DNA from: Catajapyx aquilonaris
Lineage: Eukaryota
Assembly (NCBI GenBank): GCA_000934665.2
Contig: KZ538132.1
Location: forward strand, 1-64,000
Direction: 5' to 3'
DNA: 64,000 nucleotides
Shown here piece after piece: positions 53,401-64,000 of this stretch. Position numbers and translations under genes: made by a program. The notes under the pieces were generated by a model. The model worked only from the letters and a program-made list of their open reading frames with translations. It did not search any database and had not been told where the DNA came from. The first letter of the stretch is position 1; each line of letters starts with the position of its first letter.

Positions 53401-56400
53401 CGCCCCAAACATTCCAATAAACTATTACGAGCATGTACTTTACAGGCGCAGCAAATGTGGTCCAGAAATAGACTTTAACGCGTAGATCGACAGCGAAACA
53501 AAGCCTTTTGTATACTACTCCTGTCAGTGACACACCTTTTTTTCTGACTCGCCAATCATACGTGAATTTTCGATCCATAACGATAAGAGTCACGTAAATA
53601 AGTATTGTTCCCTCTGCTATATCGGCACGGTAGCAACAACCTTCGAAATCTGTCAATGTTACACCGGAGGCTGCAGCCTGTCGTGCAAATGTGGGAACGG
53701 AAATTCCAACGTGGGAGTTGTTTCCATCGATGACGCGATTTTGTGAAGGGGTGTTTTGTAACTTCCCCCCAGAGCTCTGCTGGGTTGTTGTTCTATACGG
53801 GCATGCAGGTCGAGAGCGCTGACCACCAGCACCCAAACCCCCTCACGCTCGTGTTGCCACATTTAATTTTTCGTGATCTTTCCAGCAGCTTGGGTTTTTG
53901 CCTCTCTCAACATCCCAAGCCTATGTGCAACGAGGCGCACCTCCCAAGACAAGCCCTGGCTGCCACCCACCCAACAGCCCATATGCCTCCATGTGTATTC
54001 CAATGTCACAGGATGACACAGAGCGGAACACGACCTCCAGAAACTCAGGCCATATTAGGCAAGGAAACGGGCAATTATTGTATAATAAGTTCTTACGTTT
54101 CATGCCCGAAGGAGCTTGATACCATACACTAATTAGCTGTGATGTTTACCAATCACTGTTTATATTTTGTACAATAAAAAAAATGAGTTAAGGACCAACC
54201 CGGGTCGCAGGTTTGTGTCGTCGTGAAGGCGAAGGTCACCACCAGCTTCCAGCAGGTGTTGAAGAGAGGCGAGGCATCCGGAGTAACAGGCGCCGTGGAC
54301 TGGTGTGTAGCCCTTGGAGCAGCGTCGGTTGGGTTGGGCTCCTTGTTTCAGAAGTTCCTCCACCGCTTTGGGACGGCCAGCGTAGGCGGCGCAGAACAAT
54401 GGGGTCTGACCCTCGCTGTTCCAGTCATCCACGGAAACTCCTGTGGGCAACAGAAACCAGATACTTTTTAGCACGGCCTTTTGCTTTTAGGGTCTCCCCA
54501 TATATTACAGTGGAAGTAATGGTCTGCCATGCGAAGGCAAATCTAGCAATTTTCTGAATCGGAACTGGGTCAATCAGGTCATCTCGCACACGTGTCGGTG
54601 GCTGACCTCGAAGGCTCTTGGCTGTTTATGTGCTTGTGGTGACTCACTCTTTGGGTGAACTGTACAACTTATAACAAATGGGTTGCTGAATACAATGAGC
54701 ATTACTGCTGGGGTTCATAGGTGGTTATTCACATTGACTACACAACCAAACAAGGTCCACCTAGTGTGAACAATGTCTTAAGTGTTTGCCAATGAAATAA
54801 ATTTTTGTAATAAATTATAGTCGTGTCATTCAATAAATAATAATAAATTGTTCGGTAATATAATTTCATTATGATCTGTAGAACGCTTTTTTCATGAAAT
54901 AATAGCAGCAATAATAATAGAACCGGCTCTTCACAAATCTAGCAAGAATGAGTGCAACATCAGTATGAACTGCAATGTAGAGTATGGGCTACATACATGC
55001 ATAAATTAAATGCATCTGTTAAATAAAATTTCTAAGTATGTGACGGTATGATAAATGGCACAGAAATTACACTCTTCCGGGGTCAAGACATGTGCAGCAA
55101 GTGCCACCTGTGCTTTTCTGTACTGTAATATATTACATGGTACATGTAATTGCAGCCAGGTGTTTTGCCTCCTAGCACTTGAACACTCAGTTGTAGGCTC
55201 AGTGATTTTCTCATATTACTGCAAGTTCAAGGTTATGCTGGCTACTTGCCAAAATGGGTTCATTTAAGCCTGTGTGATGTAAATAAAAACGTACAGTATA
55301 TGTTTTCATTTACATACACATCTGGTCAACATGACACACCACAGCTCTAGAATTACCTTTTTCACATGGTGTACCTTACCACAATACAATTACGGTACAC
55401 TCATAGTGTGTAATTACTCACTAGGCATCGTGAGTCTGGCTATACAACATACCAGGAAGAAGCTAAAATTGACAAAAGAGATCAGTGTTACAGCAGGTCA
55501 GCAATAAACAATTTTTTAACTTCATCAGTTATGTTGGTCATGTCTCCAGCTAATGCCATACTGGCACTATGATTGTGTCCTGTAGTGTTATCCTGATCTG
55601 ATAATGCAGTATTATTCTGATCTGATAATGCAGTATTATCCTGATCAAGTTCAGCAAGCAGCAAAACTCACACAATGCCATCCCAGAAATGACATTATAA
55701 TCCAGCATAATTATACTACAACAGTACTGGCAGCACATGGTAGTTGAAAGACTAGGGCCGGTTTCACTGAGCTCAGTATATGATAAAACCAGGGTTCTTT
55801 CTCAAAATCCCTATCTATTTGTATGGATTTTCCTAAAGAAACCTGGTTTTATCATATACCAAGCTCGGTGAAACCGGCCCTAAGTTATATAACTTTTCTG
55901 TACATGCAAGAATTCCAGGCCCATTTGCTCTCATTTCCTTACTATATCCTTCCAGGTACAAGGAGTATGATATTCCAAAGAGTACCCCCGAAACACACGA
56001 AATGTACAGTCAATGTCAAGTTAATGTGCTATAAATGGACCGGCATAACACTAGGTAACAAGTTAAATATTAAGTAAATGGCACAGGTTTTTGCTTGTTC
56101 CTGAGAATTCATTGCTGACTTTTGCCACTTGTAACTCATAACGACCTTACATTCAGTCTGAACTTGTGAAAAAGCCCAACTTCTAGAAATCGCCAATTTC
56201 CAATGTATTGATTTTTGCATAGTAGGGCATATGAATTATCTGAACTGACCCAGCCAACAATGACCCCACAGTCCCAGGACTTGGTCACAACTAGTTTTAG
56301 CAAACCCCAGCAAGGTAACAAGTGCCAGCAGTCGCCAGCAACCAGGTCACAACCTCTATCCCATATTTTCAAAAAAGCCCGCCACTTGAAATGTTTCAAA

Positions 56401-56788
56401 ATAATTCAAGATGTCGGCTGCTCCAAGGCAACGATAAAAAAAAATAGATCCCGTAACGACATTTTGGATTTGAACTGGATGCAAAGTATTTAGGGAGTAT
56501 TTGCAGCCAATATTCACCGCCGTGTTAACCACAGGTGCTGCCCGAGGTGCTGCCCACATGTGCACCACACGTGTTCCAATCCGCCAACATTTACCCCCCA
56601 CCAAACCGGTCTGACAATAATTAGCAAAAGTTTCCCTCCCTCCCTTTTTTTTTTTCGTCACCTGCTTCGATCATCTTCTTGATGTCTGCGACCTTCCCCT
56701 TCCGGGCAGCCCTGTGCAGCGTCTTGGCCGGATAGATGGCCTGGAACATGGGCGACATGAGCCAGTTACGGCAGGACACCTCCACCAT
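35442..56788 (-). CDS. TEX14: TEX14-like ankyrin-repeat pseudokinase with long low-complexity acidic C-terminus
   Basis: Phase-consistent exons 56662-56788, 54200-54440, 49042-49176, 44831-44957, 44545-44771, 44213-44336, 43543-43725, 42781-42928, 42521-42714, 42274-42403, 41918-42216, 41565-41794, 38852-39044, 38372-38566, (37768-37881 uncertain), 37056-37512, 36082-36338, 35844-35999, 35442-35636. Ankyrin repeats (GQTPLFCAA, GYTPVHGAC..GGDLRLHD), SMGFGKLYF, KLQHPQLLLLMGVC, ILLQVVDALTFLH..LHCGLTSHAV, LYPWLAPEV..SDIYA follow the vertebrate TEX14 layout as I recall it. Confidence 0.85.
36380..36583. mobile_element. Small nested-palindrome MITE
   Basis: GAAGGGTTCGGGAG.AGAAGGTGATAAC occurs four times in alternating orientation, so each half and the whole element are self-complementary. 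Confidence 0.7.
36645..36963. mobile_element. pogo/Tigger-type MITE
   Basis: TA-CACTGTACTCCCGATTATCC ... GGATAATCGGGAATACAGTG-TA with GGATAA subrepeats. Confidence 0.8.
38105..38336. mobile_element. hAT-like MITE with GGAGTGCA subterminal repeats
   Basis: CAGGGGTCGAA...TTCGACCCCT ends, several GGAGTGCA motifs in both orientations, CCATCT on both flanks. Confidence 0.65.
39225..39306 (-). tRNA. tRNA-Ser (anticodon TGA)
   Basis: 82 nt GCAGTCTTGGCCGAGTGGTTAAGGCGTTGGACTTGAAATCCAATGGGGTATCCCCGCGCAGGTTCGAATCCTGCAGGCTGCG; full cloverleaf with long variable arm; downstream poly-T terminator. Confidence 0.96.
39750..39822 (+). tRNA. tRNA-Arg (anticodon ACG)
   Basis: 73 nt GGCCCAGTGGCGCAACGGATAACGCGTCTGACTACGGATCAGAAGATTCCAGGTTCGAATCCTGGCTGGGTCG; T8 terminator at 39831-39838. 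Confidence 0.97.
40262..40591. mobile_element. hAT-type MITE spanning an assembly gap
   Basis: TIRs CAGTGCCGGATTAA / TTAATCCAGCACTG, internal direct repeat GAGGCCCTAAGCAC; N run at 40331-40411. Confidence 0.7.
40679..40733. repeat. (TTA)/(TTG) microsatellite
   Basis: Direct reading. Confidence 0.9.
46320..47010 (+). mobile_element. Possible heavily decayed non-LTR retrotransposon fragments
   Basis: Short peptides LSTYKTLIR (~46430) and DEILRRQIPMAKLIAY (~46939) recall LINE RT thumb and pre-YADD segments; order is not collinear and no ORF is intact. Confidence 0.25.
55588..55646. repeat. 24-bp tandem repeat, ~2.5 copies
   Basis: TGATCTGATAATGCAGTATTAT(T/C)C. Confidence 0.85.
55755..55880. 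mobile_element. Small PIF/Harbinger-type MITE
   Basis: ~45-bp TIRs GGGCCGGTTTCAC.GAGCT..GTATATGATAAAACCAGG / CCTGGTTTTATCATATAC..AGCTCGGTGAAACCGGCCC. Confidence 0.8.
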
Positions 56789-59700
56789 GCTTTTTCCAAT
56801 CACTCGGCTCTTCTTTCGCTGGCTCTCTGAGGATGGTGGGAGGGTGGCTGGCGGGCAGGCGGGAGAGATGGCGACTCAAAACAGCAGCCGGTGGAACAAA
56901 ACACACGTGTTCCAAATCCCGACTCTCGATCCGCACTGAACGACGGTTGGAAAAAAAATAACCGACACACGTTTTTCGAACAACGAACAGGGACCAATGG
57001 TGCCAGACTCAAGGAGAGAGCCATTGTAGGCGGCTGATAGTTCGTAGTAATTTTAAAATTTAAAGTTTAAAAGTGGAATGGTATTAATTACCTGATGTTA
57101 ATTTATGGGGAATATTTGGGATGACAGGTAATAATAGTTGCGGAAGGTTGGGGACACTGCCGTGTTCTGATCGGTTTATACGGTACCGTATTTCAGTTAG
57201 GTTAGGTTTATGGGGCTGGATCTTTATGGCGCAGATCAATGAGATAAATTTGGAGTGACCTTGAAGGTGAAAAAAGGTGAAAATGGCGCCTGGGGCGGGA
57301 AAGAGGTGACGGCCTCGGGGCCATCCAGGGGACAAACACATGGCCGCACCTACACCAGATACCTGTGGCGATGCGGACCATCAGGCAGGGGCAGTAGGGG
57401 AGGATCTCTCTGGTGCTTTGAGATCGTCAACTCGTTAACACCTAATCAAGGGATCATGATGTGTAAGCGTGTTGGTACCGTAACTAAACTCTTGCCCATG
57501 GAGGCAACTGAAATTAACTGTGATTCATGGTGCAGCAAGGCAGATGCCATCTGGAGTAACATAACTGAAAATGTCTTTGTAGGGACCTTATTGGTAGTAG
57601 GGACTCATGCCAGGATCACATTCTGATGCCGTAAAATAAGCAGTCATTTATTGTTCATGTCATGCCCAAAGTTTAATACAGTATTATTTTATAGTATATC
57701 CAGACTGCCATTTTTATTAACGGTTCTGCCAAAGGGTTCTGCATTGCAGAAATGCTTGAATGAGTGAAGTGTGTGATTGTGACAATGATTGATCAGTTAT
57801 GATATTTGGTCGGATGAAGTCGAATGTAATGATAATGATTGGCCGTTACTTTTTATATGAGTATCAGGAAAATACTGTACTGATGGCAACAGCCAACCAA
57901 CACCGCATGAAACATTACATTCACATTAGAGTCTGAGTCATGTTACTGCATATTTAATGGTTACTTTTTTACAATTGGATAGTTCCTGAGCTGAGGTGTC
58001 ACTGCATTGCATTATCCCACGCTTTTTTGCAGCCCCCAGTTTTCATTTGCTATTTTTACAATACTGCCTACATCTGTGGTATTCAACTTTCTGAGCTCAC
58101 TAAACTCAGTGTGCGTATTATTAGGCACAAAGGTGGTATGGCCCACCAGTGCACAAAGGATGTCATAATGCAATATATATGTAATCCGCGCCAAATGCCA
58201 GGGTACACTGGACATGTGTTATGACGCGCAACTGTGGGCTTTCTCATCCTATTTGCAGAAAACTGGCTTAATAAATCATGCATTGGAATTACACTATAGC
58301 AAGAATAAAAATGCAGCAAAAGTGCCCTTTGCAAATGCAGATATAGTGCTAGAAGCGAACTGATCTGCGCTCAGTTGTGTTGTTTTCTCCTCTGTACCTT
58401 TATGCTTATTTGATACAGACTGCAGCTGATGTGTGTTCCTCATTCCTCAGCATTTGTGAGCATGTGTGTATTGTAGAAGTGCACAAAGTACAGTAAATGC
58501 TTTTGTCACTAGGCTATACAGATAGACATAAGTCAGCCATGCACAAAACCTGATGTTACTGTATATTATTATTATTAACTGGTTATTGTTACTTGAGTGT
58601 TACGCTTAATTCTGCAATACTTACATGATATGGTATTCTGATTATGTGCAGGTGGTGTCCACTACATAAAATCAGACATAATCGAAGATTTTACCCTTAA
58701 AATAATTTTTTAATACAGTACACCTGTTTCAAGTGTTTTGCTTTTGGCGCTCTTCATACCCACTTGACGTGCTTCTGCTTGTCTCCACAGATGGCAGGAA
58801 TGGCAGTGTGCTGCATACTTCGCCACCTGGATTCAGATTGAGTAAGTACGTGCCAATTTTTTTTTTCGTTGCTCCTCGACCCCATCCGACCCCTCAGCAT
58901 ATTGCCAAAAGAGTGTTGTTGAGCTCACCTGAGAGTTTGCAAGGCTTGGGAAGAGAGACGACGTGTAAGGCCCTGGGTGTAGTTGAAGGAAAATCAGAAA
59001 ACGTGCCGAAGATGGAGGAATGATCCCTTTCGATTGATGTTGTCTGAAGATTCCGATATAAAAATGATGATGGTTTGAATTTGCTTGTCTGCTGGTAGGA
59101 AATCAATAAGGAAGGAATAAAAAGAGAGCGAGAGAGATAGGGGCGAATGTGATGTGATGAGGCGGATGATGCCACTGGTTAGATGGCCCCCAGTGCGAAA
59201 CAATGCAGTATAAACGTGTTGACGTTGTGGATTAGATCGTGGAGCAGTTGAGCACAATTAATATAAAATACGGCGTAAATGCAAAATTTATCTGCGGCAT
59301 AAAGTAATTTTATGGATCATTTTGCCCCCGAATGTGCTCACCGATTGCGTTTAATCACAATTTATATGTTTTAAGCTCCGAGGCAGTTAGCGTGCCGAGT
59401 TTATATTATGTGAAGCTTTTTTTTTGGGGGGGGGGGGGGCATACACACAGAACACTTTCAATGACCTGTTCCGCATGAATGTTCCAGAATATTGTTAGAA
59501 TCGAATCACGTTTCGCTTTCCAGCCCCATAAAAGCTCTTCTTTTATTACTCTTCTTTGTTCCTGTCGTTACAGAAGTGGCAGTAAAATATCTCATCGCAG
59601 GATTCTATTACGGCGTACTAAAGGGGAGGCAGAACTGCTATTTGCGTCCCATGATTCTTATTACCTTCGGGTCAGGTATTGACCCAGTCAATTCCTTTCA

Positions 59701-61605
59701 TCTGAATCTTTTTCCAATGAGCCATTAAAGAGGTAAATATCAAGTAGTTGAGTAGGGTCATGCAAGCAACGGATATTTGAGTGGTGTGCAGTGCTTCTTT
59801 TGGCTGTAATTACGTTGAAGTATATGCAAAGTGAAACTCGATGTGAAGTTGAGGTGGTGCCATTCAAGTTCTTCTGGGGACGAAGCTCCATTGTTCGGCA
59901 TCTGCATATAACTAACTACCTTTTGACAAATCCGAGCTTTGGGGATAATAACTTGTTTGTGCCTCTGTCAAAGGCCTGGCCAAGCGTTCCGATTTCCACT
60001 TAGATCCTTGAACCCGCGAGAATTGTGCAGGTTGCATTCAATTGCCGTTTCCAGGAGTCTCCGGCTCCAGTTTCCAATCCCTGATTTCTGCGGCAGGGGA
60101 GTTTGTGGGGAGGGGGAGGGGGGGATGGAGAGGAGGGGAGACTGGAAATGGATGTGGCACGGTAAGCTCTTTGGATGAAGCGAGCGGGAAAGACAAGATA
60201 AGGATTGCTGGGCTACATTTTATTCCTAGCTGCTGCCCCAACTCTCCAGTGGACACTCAATTCCCGGCGATTGGCAAAATCTAATTTGCGCCTCCTGCGA
60301 ATTGAAGGAGGTGCTGGGGCAAGCAATGGTGGGGAGGAAAAGGGAAGATGGGAGAATGGTTGGGGTGTGCTGGACTACTACAGGAAACTGGCTAATGAAA
60401 TAGCAGGGGAAATGGGAGAAGAAGGACCCACTTTCTGTTTCACGCAACTCCTCAAGGAGGTTTAAAAACAACGCCCCCTTTGATGATATTTGCATGTTGT
60501 TCTCTGTCGTAGGGGGTGGGCATTTAGGCTCTGGTTTGAAGGTGTTGCGATTTGTATCTGGTACACCATACATTTATGAAACTTTTGGAAAACTTGAAAC
60601 AGGAATCGCCGTCTCCTCTTTAAAAATCTTACTTGTAGATAACCTGCAAAGGTTTTACCATCGGGAGCGTGCAGATGCAGGTGTCAATCTCACAGTTAAA
60701 ATTTGTTGTTAAAGTTGTTGAGATTTTTTGCAACTGAACCTGAAACGTGTACGACAGATTATTTAGCCTATACTTGTTAGACTATAGTTAGAGTGAATTT
60801 TTCAATTCGGAGTTTTGCGTTCGAAGTACTTGTATAACGGGAGAACCTTTCTGAATTGCAAGGATATACGATTGACTGTGTTTTAAATACGAGTATATTA
60901 TTTGTTTATTTACTTCGTCATTGAGTAGGACTCACCGGCAGTGTACTTAAGACGCATTAGTACACAATGTCGAAACAACTGTCAGCTTTGTACAGGCAAA
61001 TATTTCCTGTTGTGTGTGTCCTACACGGTAAATGTCAACTAACGTGCGCTGGGTAAAAGCGATGGTAATAAGAATCCACACTTTAGGAGTTTAGGGGTTT
61101 GACTAATGCCACTTTATTACCAATACGACGGCATCTTCAGGTATTATAAAAAATTGTGTAAAGGTGAACTGGTGACATGGTGATCTATAACTTAATTTTC
61201 GAATTAACATACCGGCAGTATTTAGATGTTATATTTTGATACTCTGCACCTAATTTGTTTGGATCAAACAATAACATGGAGTTCACGGGGAGGTGTTACA
61301 TTAGAAATAAATCGAAATTAAGTGTACTGCGATTATTTTTTGTGAGATGAAAATCATCCTCTTTAATGTAATCAGTGTGTCGCCAAACCGTCAAAGGCGT
61401 CCAAGGTGTGAAGTGCTGGTTTGTCATAGTCACCCTACATGGAGATGTGTAATATACCAATGCAATGTTCCAAATCAAAACAGGCCCATCGGAATGTGGA
61501 CATGAAGAGTTTTTATAATGATTAGTATGAGCTTTATAATGAGGCATATTTAATATTTAAGAGCATACAAATGCCTGTCTCCATATCCTATTCAGTGACT
61601 AGTTT

Positions 61606-61849
61606 ATATAGTACATGATACTTTGCGAGAGGAACTGAGAGAACCCGCGGCGTTTGACATTATGCAGGTATATTAATTTACTCCCCGTATAGTTTAGCAT
61701 ATTATTTCTGCAGCATAATTATTATTTCTGAATGGCGCTGAATTATTCAGAAATAGAGTTGCTAAACTATACGGGGAGTTAATTAATATACCTCCATAAC
61801 GTGAAACGGCTCTCTCAGTGTTCCTCTCGCAAAGTATCATGTACTATAT
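61606..61849. mobile_element. Foldback MITE
   Basis: ATATAGTACATGATACTTTGCGAGAGGAA / TTCCTCTCGCAAAGTATCATGTACTATAT plus inner arms ACTCCCCGTATAGTTTAGCA / TGCTAAACTATACGGGGAGT. Confidence 0.85.
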
Positions 61850-64000
61850 TATAATTAATTCACAGGAGCAAATGGTTCTTACACGTTTACCTTGTAGGCA
61901 AAGCCACAGCAGACATCAGACGGATGTGACCGACAAAGGTGGCCCCCGTACAGTCAGCTACTGTTGAAATGATAAATCCCGCAGCTGCTTGTAAATGTAA
62001 ACTATACGAGCATTTGTCAGAGACTATATGACATAAAATTTGAAGGGTGACAAGTAAAGTATTTTAATTTTTGCCACTAATTTGCATCAAGTGGAGCCAA
62101 AATTGTAATGATGTCTGTTTAATCCTGCGTAGCTAATCCATTTGCAAATGTGCTTCGCTCTTTCTGAACATGCCCAGAATTGTTAATTGATTAATGCCAC
62201 TAAATGAAGTGGTCTTCATCAAATCCTGATATACCGGTATTGTGTAGGCTGCGTAAAACGAATTGTAAAGAGAAGCCGTTGTTTATTAATATATGACAAG
62301 TTCAGCTACATTTATAACGATTTGCGTTTAATCATGTGAGTAATGAGTGCACTTATAGAATGGTCTAAAAGCAAAGTGTGTACACGTGAAAATATCAAGG
62401 GGAAATTTGCCCCTTTTTGTTGGATCAGCAGCATCTTCCTGGCCATTCTCCAGCAGGAGCTTGAGCTGCGAAAGTCAAGTAATGAAACTCCGCTTTGATT
62501 AAATGGGAAGGGAAGTTTTAAGGAACTATGCAGAGTGAGAAAGTGTTTCCAGCGTTCTACCCCAAACTTGGGTGAAAAGAATGTCATTTCCAACGTAAAC
62601 CTCGCAGAATGCGAATTGTTGCCTCTTTTGTAATTTTGTAATAAAAGCCACGTCTTTCCTTCTTCAGGGGAGCTCTTTGCCAATGGCAAGGGCAAACATA
62701 CTGTGTGTGTAGCTGGGGGAGATCTTCCATGGTAAACTCTGGTTTAAAAGGGGAGTGCTTGATGTGACTGTCCAATTCCCCGGCTTAATTCATGCTAAGA
62801 ATGACAGAAGCCTCGGGTGTATTGGCGCTAAATTCACTGCCACGTGATATTTGTTCCTGAACTTCAAAGAATCTTGGTGGGGAGCGCTTCAAAAGCTTTA
62901 AACGATCCGCGGGATTTGAAGAGGATTTCTTTACTAATTTTAAACCCAAGTCAATTTTTCACAGTTTCAGTCAGTTTTTCTTCCGCTTGAATCAATGAGG
63001 GATCTATGGTAAAAGTTCCAGATGTTGAAAATATTCGAGTTCTAAGGATATTGACATTCTGCGGTATTTTCCACAAGTTCAAGAGTTTTGGAAAACTGCA
63101 GTTAAGTTATTGAAAGTTTCGCGTCATCTTTTTTCAAACTTGCACACTATATGACCTGATATAATACTGTCAGCTTCAGCATATATAAGAGAGCTGCCAG
63201 CTGCATCCTGCGCCAGTTTCACTCTAATTATTACAGGCTTAATTTTATTGTACTTTGGAGCCAATAGTTGTGCGACGTTGATTACCTCCGACCACCGCAG
63301 AGCAAAATTAGCGGGCATATTTCCTGGTGCTGGAGCGTCATCTATTCAAGAACAGTTCCTTCTCCGAGTCCCTTCCAGCAACTTCATCAAACTTTCAGGC
63401 TTATTTTTCAAGCAGAGGGCCGAGCTCCTTTTGTTTCTTGCAAATCATATTAGCGAACAAAGGGAGAAATGCGATGAAAGATTGGCTAAGGAGACAGGGG
63501 GAGAGAGAGAGTAGGATGGCATATATATAGAGGGAAGGAGTGGGGAGGAGGGGATTCGTTTACCACCTCCGGTTCTACATCCATTGTGCTTTGTAGGCTG
63601 CTCCTTCTGCATCGATTGGCACCTCTTTGCAGTACTCCTGACTGGAATTCTTCTCCCTTGTTTGTAGGCAGGATTAATTTTTCACGAGGAAGCGAGCGAG
63701 CGCCTCAGAAACTCCTTTCCCGGACGTTTTATACCCAGCAGGGCCTATTATTCTGATGCAAAAGGCAGCCCCGGCGTCATGTTGTCTGCTAAAAACCGTC
63801 ACTGTCATGTCCTGGAAATTCGACTTGTAGTGGCATACTCGAGGTGATGGATCAACTTTTGCGCAGTTTCGGATGAACTTGCTGGGGCTGTTAGATCCTT
63901 TGATGTTGGAGGATGTCGGGAGAAGCAAGCAATAAATCCGGTACTCTGTGTGGGATCGGATGCTTTTTGTATACCTCGTTCCTGGGCTAACTTGCGGTGT

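Noticed and set aside
62300..63960. Possible R2/LINE or hAT relic (NIFNIW; RIFSTSG) on the minus strand
   Set aside because: Only isolated 6-7 aa resemblances with no collinear RT or transposase motifs

Overview
Eukaryotic nuclear DNA, most likely from an insect or other arthropod, judged from the short ~55-90 nt introns, tRNA-derived SINEs, many MITEs and a patchy CpG-depletion pattern. Four spliced protein-coding genes can be rebuilt by hand. These are the 5' ~two-thirds of the HECT E3 ligase HUWE1 (minus strand, running off the left edge), uroporphyrinogen decarboxylase UROD (minus), the KH-domain ribosome factor PNO1 (plus, head-to-head with UROD), and an ankyrin-repeat + pseudokinase gene resembling vertebrate TEX14 (minus, 35.4-56.8 kb). 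A divergent tRNA-Ser(TGA)/tRNA-Arg(ACG) pair sits in an intron of the TEX14-like gene. Introns carry about 20 non-autonomous DNA transposons (Tc1/mariner, pogo/Tigger, PIF/Harbinger and hAT-like), three SINEs with clean target-site duplications, and a mariner relic. The best leads are the invertebrate TEX14-like pseudokinase lacking a canonical GPPx3Y motif, a CpG-state switch near the intronic tRNA pair, a candidate 30-nt HUWE1 microexon, a GC-AG intron and uORFs in HUWE1, and a candidate H/ACA RNA in a PNO1 intron. A ~5-kb intron core (49.2-54.2 kb) and most of 57-64 kb could not be explained. I found no convincing wholly new multi-gene system.
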